DNA of 64,000 nt from positions 37,597,379 to 37,661,378 of the forward strand of contig NC_069001.1 of NCBI RefSeq assembly GCF_001194135.2. The letters are read 5' to 3'. Origin of the DNA: Octopus bimaculoides. Its lineage: Eukaryota. Both the position numbers and the translations under genes were made by a program. The notes under the pieces are model-generated. The model was not told the origin of the DNA, searched no databases, and worked only from the letters and a program-made list of their open reading frames with translations. Positions 26,301-64,000 of this stretch are shown piece by piece (position 1 is the stretch's first letter; each line of letters begins with the position of its first letter).

Positions 26301-29300
26301 CCCAGTGAGACATGGAACGAAGTAGTGAAGCATGATCTTCGAACTTTGAGCCTTGCAGAGGCAATGACAAGTGACCAAGACCTTTGGTGATGTAATGTGC
26401 TTGAGAGCCTGGTGGCATGTAAAGAATACCTTTTGAGCGTTGGGCCTCACGGAGGCAAATGGCCATGACCGAGACCTTTGGCATTATGTCATGCTTGAGA
26501 AGACCCATCAAGCCGAGCAAAGTTGCCATCCTGGCAGATACCAGTATCATGCAAATTGGCACCCATGCCAGTGGCATGTAAAAGCAGCTTGGTGTCACAC
26601 AAATGGCTCCCATGCCAGTGACATGCAAAAGCACCCATTACATTCTCGGAGTGGTTGGCATTAGGAAGGGCATCTAGCCATAGAAAACCATGCCAAATCA
26701 AACTGGATCCTGGTGCAGCCTTCCAGCATGCCAGCCCAGTCAAACTGTCCAACCCATGCCAGCATGGACAACTGACGTTAAATGATGATGATGATGGTTA
26801 CTGGATAAGAGCTAACTTATGAAATCTTGTAGAAAATCCTTAAGTGAAGTCCCTTGTCTTGTAGGGTTTGTATGAGTATGTGCAACCATCTTGGATGAAT
26901 AAACCAAAACATGAAAAAGTTGAAGTTGATATGAAGGCTTTTGGTTCTGCTGAATTCTCTCATTCTTTGCCAGGCAACCAAAGTGTGATTCCACCCAACA
27001 CTGATCCTACAACAGCACCAAGGTATGAAGAAATTCTTTGAGAGAATGTCAAGCAATTCATTGTTGGAATGATGGAATTTGAAGCAAATCAGGTTAAAGA
27101 TAAGAGTGTAAATATTAAGGATATGTCAGGGGTAAGGAGTTTGCTTCCCAACCACATGGTTCCTGGTTCAGTCCCATTGTGTGCCACATAAGGCAAGTGT
27201 CTTCTATAGCCCAAGGCTGACTAAAGCCTTGTGAATGGATTTGGTAACTGGAAACTGAAAGAAGCCTGTCATATATGTCTGTCTGTCTGTATGCGTTTGT
27301 GCCCCACCGCCAGTTGACAACTGGCATTGGTATGTCCCTGTAATTTATGGTTTGGCAAAAGAGACCTATAGATTAAGTACCAGGTTTTTTAAAAGAATAA
27401 ATCCTGGGGTCAATTCCTTCAACTAAAATTCTTTAAGATAATGCTCCAGCATGGCTAGAGTCTAATGACTGAAACTAGTAAAAGATAAATAATAAAGAAT
27501 AAAGTTTCTAAAATGGATAAAGAAATTTGAAGGATTGCTTTGGTCCTGTGGTAGAACATCTATCATGTCTGCAAAAGTTTTGGGTTCAAGCCCCCAGACA
27601 GCCTTTGATTTTTTTTTTTTTAAATCCAAAAGAGGGGTTTTTCAACCTAATATCTACACTCTTGCTTATAACTTTATCTGCTTCAAGACCTGACATGTCC
27701 AAGAAATAAAACAGTTCTGTACAAAGTTGAAGCTTGGAATTTGCAATATTATTTTTATTCCAGAGTTTACAATTGTTTCAGCAACTCCAAAGTGACTAAT
27801 CCTGCATCATGTTTATAAACCTGTCTGTTTTATTATTTGTACTCAATGATGGAAAAGTAATTTGTAGGTTTTCAGTTTTTCTGTTCATTTGGGAAAGTTC
27901 CATACAGGAACATCTCCTTTCAATTCATTGAAGGTGAGTTGTGAGGGTTCATTGAGGGCAATTTAATCGGCCATTAAAAGTGGGTTTTAGGGGCCTTTTA
28001 TCAGCCATTAAAGGTGAGTTGTGAGGGCCCTTTCTCTGACACATAAACATTGTTTTATTTCTTTGTTTATTAATTTATGTTTTTGTTCTCCTTTTAAAGC
28101 AAATATTCTTTTTATTTGTCTTCAGTGTTGACAGAACTTACAAGCTGTATTACGGAGGAGGTCAGAAGCGTCCAGATGGTCAGGCCTCTCGCACCATCTT
28201 CAGTGACTCAGGGAAAATGGTCGGTGTGGTTCCAGAGAGCAACCGCAAGGATGTCCGCAATGCTGTGGAAGCTGCACAGAAAGCTGCCCCTGGGTATTGT
28301 TCAGTTTTTGCCTTTTTATCTGCCTCGCTGCATCTAGGGTTGAGCAATATCTAAGTGATCTATCTGGTCTGGTGGAATTTCAGTCTTTTTGAGGGGAAGA
28401 AAATAAAGAACCATTAACTGGAAGGGTCAACAGATTGCCCTTCTTAGGGAGTTCTGAAGCCTTTAATTTCAGTGTCTTTAATGTTAATATTTTAATGTGT
28501 GTGTGTGTGTAATTGCTCATGAATACTCATGTTGGGTTTTCTTTCAGCTGGGCCAACAAGACCTCACGTCTACGCTCACAGATCATGTATTACATTGCCG
28601 AGAACCTGGGTGCTCGCTGTGATGAGAATGCTCAACTTTTACATGAAATGACAGGTCGAGAGATGAATGATTGTCTCAATGAAGTTCAGTTGTCCATAGA
28701 ACGGTTGTTTCACTGGGCAGCCTACTGTGATAAATATGGTGGAACCGTGCAGGTAAGAATGTCAGCTTTGTTAAATATTAGAAATGTATTTGTTGGACCT
28801 GTTTATTGTGGTTGTTTTTGTTTTTTAGTCCCCTAAGTTGGCCCTGAATTTTAAAATTAGTTTACAGCTTAGTCAGAAGAGGAAGGACCAGTCTTGTTAC
28901 CCTTTTCTGAAGCCCCTGAGATAAATGGTTTGGAAGTGGGGAGAGCATTATCCTTGGAGTGGAGATCCAATTTGTATTCTTGCAACTAAGCCGACCCATT
29001 ACTATATTTAGTTTCAGCCCTTTTTGTTTTGAGTTCAACCTCACCAAAATCAGTTTTCTCTTTCATCCCTCCAGGGTCAATGGAATAGTGCTGGGATCAA
29101 TGTAATTGACTAACAACCTCCTATAAAACTGTTAGCCTTGAGCCAAAATTTGAAACCATCACCATCATCATCAAGATCAAGGTGGCAGCATCGTTAGCAT
29201 GCCGGACAAAATGCTTAGCAGCATTTCATTTGTCTTTATGTTCTGAGTTCAAATGCCATTCTTGGTTGACTTTGCCTTTCATCCTTTTGGGTCAATAAAA

Positions 29301-30190
29301 TAAGGGCTAGTTGACTTACCCCTTCCCCCAAAATCGCTGGCCTTGTACCATAATTTGAAATCATTCTTCTTCTTCCAGGAAACTACTCTCTATGGTTTGA
29401 CCGTTAAAATCCACCAAGCCGTTGGTGTTGTGGGAATTGCTTGCCCTGATGAGAATCCACTGCTTAGTTTTGTATCCCTGTTTGCTCCTGCTTTTGCCCG
29501 GGGTAATGTGACAGTCATTGTCCCAAGTGAGAAATATCCCCTGTCTGCTATGAACATGTACCAGGTAACCTGTCTTTACAATTTTATATATATTTATTCA
29601 CTTTGGCTTCAAGAATTGGAATTTGCAGCTGTTTAATGAAGATGTGAGGTGTGGATTTTGTGGGGTGAAATGTTGAGGACTTAAGTGTGTGTGTGTGGAG
29701 GACTTTCATGAGAGGGTTGTGAAGGCTATTTTTACTGTGTTGGGGGCATCCTGAATGTCATGAGGGCTCTCTTGAGTATGTGGAGAAAGCAATTTTTGAA
29801 TGGGCATTTAGGGCTTTCATAAGTGTGTGGTGAGGGCTTTTTTATGTCGTGATTTTTTTTTTTTAACCTTTTTTTGATCTCTTTCTACAGATATTTGACA
29901 CATCAGACGTCCCTGCTGGAGTCATTAATTTGCTGTCTGGTAACAGAGACCATATTACCAAATACCTCACAGAGCACCACAACGTTCAAGCCATGTGGTA
30001 TTTCGGAACTGCTGAAGGTTCAGCATTTGTTGAATTCACTTCAGCAATAAACTGCAAGAGAACCTTTGTGAATTATGGTCAGCCACGAGATTGGACTGAC
30101 CCTGAGCAAGGCCATGGAGAAGAATTTCTTTACCATTCCATTCAATGCAAGAACATTTGGCTGCCAATGGGTGACATTTTTGCCAACTAA
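12441..30190 (+). CDS. ALDH16A1: ALDH16-family aldehyde dehydrogenase (full ALDH domain plus C-terminal truncated second ALDH domain), 14 exons, 824 aa
   Basis: Exons: 12441-12533, 19040-19142, 20471-20597, 21311-21489, 21582-21844, 22253-22405, 23128-23325, 24300-24398, 24941-25183, 26865-27022, 28126-28293, 28548-28752, 29379-29564, 29891-30190. All GT-AG, phases chain, total 2475 nt. Motifs: [12 protein letters not shown] (ALDH16-type N-terminus), [50 protein letters not shown], then a second domain [11 protein letters not shown]...[13 protein letters not shown]. Confidence 0.93.
16243..16520 (-). mobile_element. Short RTE-tail repeat copy (many others, e.g. ~4080-4210, 8720-8810, 10830-10985, 30745-30910, 47960-48105)
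   Basis: Conserved CATCATCGTTTAACGTCC..CCATGCTAGCATGGGTTGGACGG...CAGCTGGATGCCCTTCCTAACGCC. Confidence 0.8.
18259..18487. mobile_element. Tigger/pogo-like MITE
   Basis: TIRs CAGTAATCCCT / AGGGATTACTG, flanked by TA on both sides. Confidence 0.75.
19486..19706. mobile_element. piggyBac-like MITE, family A (second copy 31448-31658)
   Basis: CCCTTT...AAAGGG termini with TTAA on both flanks; internal similarity to 31448-31658. Confidence 0.7.
20918..21138. mobile_element. piggyBac-like MITE, family B (inverted copy 37919-38140)
   Basis: TTAA-flanked CCCTTT termini; near-identical internal sequence, reverse-complemented, at 37919-38140. Confidence 0.7.
21965..22095 (+). mobile_element. RTE LINE 3' coding remnant
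   Basis: [31 protein letters not shown]; same family as 26195-26795. Confidence 0.65.
22715..22860 (-). mobile_element. Tc1-like transposase N-terminal HTH fragment in ALDH16 intron 6
   Basis: [36 protein letters not shown] matches the Tc1 paired-like HTH pattern. Confidence 0.6.
26195..26795 (+). mobile_element. RTE LINE 3' end including 3' UTR and (ATG)n tail
   Basis: [17 protein letters not shown]...[17 protein letters not shown] runs into the GGCATTAGGAAGGGCATC...CCAACCCATGCCAGCATGG...GTTAAATGATGATG tail seen in many short copies. Confidence 0.75.
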
Positions 30191-30332
30191 GGTCACACCT
30201 TGTACATGTTTGCTTCTTTAATGTTTTGATGCAGTTCCATTATAACAGAATATTTCAATCTTTTTTTGTGCCAATATTTGATACCAATTTGTCATCTTTT
30301 AGAATTGGTTTGATCCCAATTTGATAACCTGC

Positions 30333-30428
30333 CAAATTGGTAAGCTGTGAATTAGGTATCTAGTCAAATTGGTAAGATAGCAATTTGGTATGTTGTCAAG
30401 TTGGTAAGAAATCAGTTTGGTATCTTAG
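30333..30428 (+). repeat. 32 bp degenerate minisatellite (3 copies) downstream of the ALDH16 stop
   Basis: CAAATTGGTAAG...GGTAT units start at 30333, 30365 and 30397. Confidence 0.7.
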
Positions 30429-31447
30429 CAAATATAAATCCATGTTGACAAAGTCATGCAGATGACAGAGTTTCTGTTATTCTGATGGAAATTGTACTGA
30501 AGACTATTCAAAGTTTTGTTTAAAAAATCACTTTTTTTTTCCTGTTTTCTATTTGAGAGAATATAAACCATATTTTAGAATATAAAGTGTATTTTTGGAA
30601 TATATTTTGAAAATAAAGTATATTTTTAAAATCTTCACAGACTTTTCCAATATATTCAGTCTCAACGCATAACACCTTGGGCAAATGTCTTCTGCCTTGG
30701 GAGCAGATTTTCCAGATGCCCATTGTGTATGCTTGCATGTGTGTATCATCATCATCATCATCATCATCATTTAAAATCTGTTTTCCATGCTGGGATGGGT
30801 TGGACAGTTTGACAGGAAGTAGAGGGCCACAATGCTGTGCCAAGCTCCAGCATCAAATCTGGGATATTTTCTATGGCCAGATGTCCTTCCTAAAACCAAC
30901 CACCTTACAATGGTGCTTTTGTCTGTGCCACTGGCACAAGTGAATTTCCAGGTAAGTTGTAAGACAAGAACGAAAATGGCAGAGCCCTCAGGGGAGGGGT
31001 GGAGGCAGGTGGGAATTTGTCAAGTACTGAGAGGCTGAAGTATGGATAAAGGAACCAAGGTTAAGAGATGGTCTTGGCATTGCATGAGAAGTTGTTAGTA
31101 AGAGTTACCACCATCCAAATAGTGTTCCTCATTTCCAGGCTTTCATGGAAACATCCCCTGGCCCAGGGGGAAATATTACTTTACTTGGAAACGAGGCAGT
31201 GTTGGTTGGAAATATACATTTGAAGGCTATCAGAGATTAAATTGAAACTAAATGTAGCTAAAATGCAAATATTTTAACTGTATTTCACTCCAGAGTTGAC
31301 TGGTTTGAATCCTGTCTGGTACATCCAGGAATAAGACATCCGATGATGAGCAAACATTAAAGTCAATCAAAAGTTAATGGAGAGTAAACAACATTTTTCT
31401 GTCTCCAAAGATGGGTTAAGTTCTTCTAAAAAAAATTAAAATCTTAA

Positions 31448-31658
31448 CCCTTTAACTTTTAAACTGGCCATATCCAGTCCAAATATTCTACATGTTCTGT
31501 GTTCAAACCGGCTAGATCTGGCCTTTCACACCTACCCATAAATATTGTTCTAAAAATATACATTCACATCGTTGAAATCGTGGAAGTTATGAGATAATGC
31601 AGGATTAAATCAAAACAATAAGCATTACTTTTGACAGAATAATCTGAAAGCTAAAGGG
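31448..31658. mobile_element. piggyBac-like MITE, family A
   Basis: ttaa-CCCTTT...AAAGGG-ttaa; similar to 19486-19706. Confidence 0.65.
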
Positions 31659-32177
31659 TTAATAACATTTAATTAAGAAAACAGTCTTGGAAATAACGAG
31701 ACAGTAAATTGCACCAACTTAGAGATGAATAAATACTTTAATATTTGGACATTGTTGTCTTTATTTTTTTTAATAGAAATTTCATAGAATTTTATTTAAA
31801 AATGTGTTTTTTTTGCAATCTGTTAAAGAGTCATTAAATGCTTCATATGAATAAAAATACAAACATACATTATATACACTAAAGCATACATACATATGTG
31901 TGTGCATGCATGTTTGTTTTATATGTATTTCAAGTCTCTCTCTCTCTTCATTGTACAGCCCTATTAGGTCAAAGCTTATTCCAGTCTCCGTGGTGGAGAA
32001 GAATCGTCCCAGAAGGGGACATCAGACCAGTGCAGGTTTAACCCTCCAGCAGTCTTAGGAACCTATTTTCAGATAGGTAGACCAAACCATTGCGAAACAA
32101 AGCATCTTGCTCAAGGGTATAATGTGCCACCTGATTCAAGTCAGCTTCTTGACCACACAGGCATGACTGTGCCTACA

Positions 32178-32362
32178 TATGAGGGGGTACTGGAAAGTTC
32201 TTGGCTTTAAGAGTATCACGAAAGGCCTGGTTGGTGGCCCAACCGTATGAGTTCTTTTGCAGGGCTTAAAAAAACTGAAGGACCACTGCAAAAAGCGAGT
32301 GATTAACTGATCCTTCTGTATTTTCTTTTAACTGAAGCTAGGAACTTTTCAGCACCCCTTCA
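32178..32362. mobile_element. mariner-like MITE
   Basis: Imperfect TIRs GAGGGGGTACTGGAAAGTTC / GAACTTTTCAGCACCCCT, preceded by TA. Confidence 0.5.
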
Positions 32363-34385
32363 GGTATATATATAATGACACGTGGCAGGAAGCTTGTCTA
32401 TATTTTACTCGGTATGTGTGTGTATGTTTGCCCCTGTCCTGATGGTGGCATCTGTTTGCAATTCTCTCCAAATGCAGGTCCAGCCACTGAGCTGTTTGTT
32501 GTTCAAAGGCCAAGGGAAATGTTCTTTTCTTCTCTAGGCACAATTTTTGGGGAGGCAGCCAGTCGATTAGATCAACCCTAGTATGCAACTGGTACTTAAT
32601 TTATCGACTCTGAAAAGATGAAAGGCAAAGTCGACCTCGGTGGAATTTGAACTCAGAACGTAAAGACAGATAAACTACCACTAAGCATTTCACTAAGCTG
32701 ACGATTTCCCTTGTCCAGGTCACCACCTTGGACTTATAAACAGTACTGCAGCATTGAAGAGGCATTGCACCAGCATGGCCACAGTAAAGGTAGCAAAACA
32801 GATGAAAGAATATAAAATTCAGTACCCCCACTGCCCCTGTCTGTATATGGTACCATTCTAAGGCAGTGAGCTGGCAGAAACATTAGCATGCTGGGCAAAG
32901 TGCTTCATAGTATTTCGCCTGCCATTACGTTCTGAGTTCAAATTCTGCCGAGGTCGACTTTGCTTTTCATCCCTTCAGGGTTGATAAATTAAGTAGTAGT
33001 TGTGTACTGGGGTCGATCTAATCGACTGCCCACCCCTCTCCAAAAATTTCGGGCCTTCTGCATAGAGTAGAAAAGTATATGGTACCATTTCAATGACACG
33101 GGGTGACAGTGCTAAGCAGTGATATGTATAACTACAAACTCGTTATCGGTTCAAATCTGCTTGAGGAATATTTGGACCTGTAGACAAATAGGTGTAAATA
33201 CACTTACTGCTGCTTCATGTAGAAATCTAGGCAAGCAGGGTTGCAATCACCACTGTGATAATGAAGATGAACAATGGTTTAAACTTTGGAGCCATTTATT
33301 TCTTACACACATGTTACAATGTGCGTTTTAGGGTGGAGTGAAAATAAAACATTGTGGACATTAAAAATGCCTGAGGGCTAAAATGTTGATATATTTGATT
33401 ACTAGAAAAATGCTGAATTTTCGTTGAGATCAATCACGCTCAACCAGTCACTGAACGATGACAGGAATATCATAAGAGGGACCTGTTTTTTGTGTCAGTT
33501 CACAGAGCTGCTTTTTCAGTATCTGTTGCTGAAGGGGAGATAACCACTCTGAAATGCAGGCATTCCACAGTCTGGATAAGCGATGCTGTGGGCTGACTCA
33601 GTGTATTTTACACCTATATGTCTACAGCGAGAAATTTTCTCCATGACAAAACAGTTTCAAGCATATTGAACTGGTAACAATTTTGTATTTCAAAAACAAC
33701 AATACTTCAAAGTTAATTCCCACCACCACCCTCTCCAAAACTAAATATTCTTTGGAAACGATGTGAAAGTAAAATTCTAAGGGTCAGAGGTCGGATGATT
33801 AACGAATTTCAAGATTAATTACAGTATTTTATGGCATAAACGACACAGGGACATATCTGGGGAAAAAAATTGGGTTTTTACACAGACTAGAACCTCAAAT
33901 TAACAACAGACTGGAGGCTGGTAATCAATATATTATTTAGCTACATCTGGATGCGTATAGGTTCATTTGTGATATGCTCATCTATTGTTTATAACAAAAA
34001 AAAAAAGAAAAGAGGGAAGAAAAAAGGAAGCTGCATGTATAATACATAACTTAGAAGCAGAGCTACAGATGTACCAACACACACGAGATTGAGACATGGC
34101 TGACTTCATGCACTTCTCATGAGGAATTCTGGGAGGAGCTTCGTGAGACCACTGCTGAGACGCTTCCAAAAAAAGAAAAGCCATTGGAAAACCGATTATA
34201 GCAGTGACTCGATCTAAGAATATCTGAAGAAGGAATTGTATTCCGAAATATCATCGGACTATGGATAACTAAGTTACAACAGGTATATAGTCCATGTTTT
34301 TGTATTATAGTGCATTGTTGTACCATTCAAAACTTTTTACTCTTTACAAACAATACACAATGCTTCAAGCGAACTACAATACTCT

Positions 34386-34439
<54 letters not shown>

Positions 34440-35127
34440 CATACATAATAATTGACCCTTTTTGTCTATGCAGACGGTCAGTTTAGCTTAGAGGTCACTT
34501 AAGCAAACATATCAGGGGCTCCTTTTCTTGCAGCTTCTTTCATTTAGGCTCAGATTACTGAATGCATTCAGCATTCTGAGCCTGAGTGAGACAGGCTTCT
34601 GCAAGAAGCCTGAGAAACCTTAAGTCACATGAAACCAAATCAAAACGTTTTAATTAATGATACATGTAACTCTTACTAAATGTGTTGAGCGCATTCTTTT
34701 TCTCTCATTTGTCCACTCACTCATATATGTGTGTGTGTGTGTCTTCATATCTGTGTTTGTCCCCCCACCACCATTTGACAACTGGTGTTGCTGTGTTAAT
34801 GACCCTGTAACTCAAGGGTTCGGGAAAAGTAGCTGATGAAATAAGTACCAGCCTTGAAAAAAATAAATAAGTCCTGGGGTCAATCCATTTGACTAAAATT
34901 CTTCAAGGTGCTGCTCCAGCATGGCCACAGTCTAATGACTGAAACACGCAAAAGATAAAAAATAACAGATGAAGATTACAACTGAACATAAAGAAATTAC
35001 GATAATGAAAATAGCCTCCATGATTATGGGGTCAAAACTTAGCTTCAGAGGCCTAACTTTGCACATAGGCCCTGGGGTGAGTTTCTTTTTAAACAGTTTT
35101 TTGCGGGAAAAAATAGTCTTGAGATTA

Positions 35128-36110
35128 TCTCAACAGATTTTCTATAAAAATTATAGACAGCACTGATTCGTTATGACATTTCATATCCGAATACGTTTAA
35201 TGTAAACAACAATGCGATGAAAGATAGAAAAATAGGTAATGGGTGTATATGCACATTTCAGGAGTTTTTGCACTTTCATCAGCTCCTATCTAACCTATTA
35301 ACCATCCATGAACTCATCCCTTTATATAACCACTAAATATAGCAATGTAACATTATTGGAAAAACCAATTTTACAGATTAAAAACATTCTGGGCTGCTGG
35401 TACATACATGTTACTTACTTGTAGGGACACCGTATTTTGTTATATAACCATAACATACTACAAAGTATATTAAATGCTTTTATAAGTCAGTACTGTGTTC
35501 TTCTGTGTTAGCAGTGCTATTAAATCACATATTAAGGTTATCTCTACAGATTTTCTATACAGATTACAGCCAGCACTGATTTGTTATGTCATTTCGTATC
35601 TGAATACATCTAACGTAGCACTGCTAACACAGAAGAACACCATACTGACTCATAAAAACGTTTGATATACATTGTGGTATATTATGGTTGAATAACGAAA
35701 TATGGTGTCCCTACAAGTCATTAATATTTACATATAAGCTTCCAGGAATATGTTCAATATGTAAAATTGATACATCCGATCATGTTTCACTGCTATATTT
35801 AGTAGTTATGTAAGCAACGAGTTCATGGATGGTTAATCGGTTGGATGGGAGCTGATGAAGAAGCAAACACTCCAGAAATATGAATATACGCCCATTACCC
35901 ATTTTCATCATCAATCTCATTGTTATTTTACATCAGGTGTCTTTGATACGAAATCAGTACTGGTTATAATTTCTATACAAAATCTGTAGAGATAACCTTA
36001 ATATGTGATTTAATAGCACTGCTAACACAGAAGAACACCGTATTGACTCATAAAAACGTTTGATATACTTTGTGGTATATTATGGTTGTACAACGAAATA
36101 TGGTGCCCCT
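35128..36110. repeat. ~1 kb imperfect fold-back built from a ~400 bp unit in direct and inverted copies
   Basis: 35130-35519 is complementary to 35616-35990; perfect 59 bp complement between 35495-35553 and 35980-36038; 36013-36110 repeats 35616-35713. Confidence 0.85.
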
Positions 36111-36206
36111 AGTGTGTCTTAGATGCCATCAAATATGGTAGATACCATCAAGTTCCCCTCCCAGTCTCTCTCTCTCTCTCTTTCTCTCAGCACAACATGA
36201 GAACTC

Positions 36207-63763
<27,557 letters not shown>

Positions 63764-64000
63764 CTGGAAAAGAAGAATTGGTAGAGTCACATGACTGTTA
63801 GAGTACAGGTTTCAAATTATAGTGCAAGGCCAGTAATTTGGGAGGAGGAGGAGGAGGAGATAAGTCAATTACATCGATTCCTTCCCCCATCTTCCACTGG
63901 TTCTTAATTTATCAACCCTGAAAGGATGAAAGGCAGAGTTCACCTCATTTGAACTCAGAACGTAAAAATGGACGAAATGCTGTTAAGCCTTTTGCCCAGC

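Noticed and set aside
27530-27602. tRNA-like sequence with A/B boxes (also SINE heads such as 37330-37390)
   Set aside because: No intact cloverleaf or acceptor stem; these are degenerate tRNA-derived repeats.

Overview
AT-rich, microsatellite- and SINE-dense animal DNA from a gapped short-read assembly. The repeat content suggests an octopus or other coleoid cephalopod (inference). I reconstructed three spliced genes by hand, with all splice phases consistent. (1) PIH1D1, minus strand, 10 coding exons, 310 aa (10400..2633). (2) An ALDH16-family aldehyde dehydrogenase, plus strand, 14 exons, 824 aa (12441..30190), which keeps the catalytic Cys, Glu and Asn. (3) A strongly diverged ABCC/MRP transporter, minus strand, 25 exons visible (63763..36207), with its 5' end outside the window and part of one NBD1 exon in an N gap. 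The top observation is that PIH1D1 and ALDH16 lie head-to-head about 2 kb apart, the same divergent pair found at human 19q13.33, which suggests a very ancient conserved linkage. Other notable points: the ABCC motif losses all map to one composite ATP site, a ~1 kb fold-back starts just past the ABCC stop codon, there are intronic hairpins, a dead duplicate of the PIH1D1 last exon, hammerhead-like motifs and several transposon fossils (R4-like, RTE, MULE, Tc1, MITEs). A possible unidentified gene 3' end lies in the first 2.2 kb. No CRISPR array, rRNA or credible tRNA gene was found.
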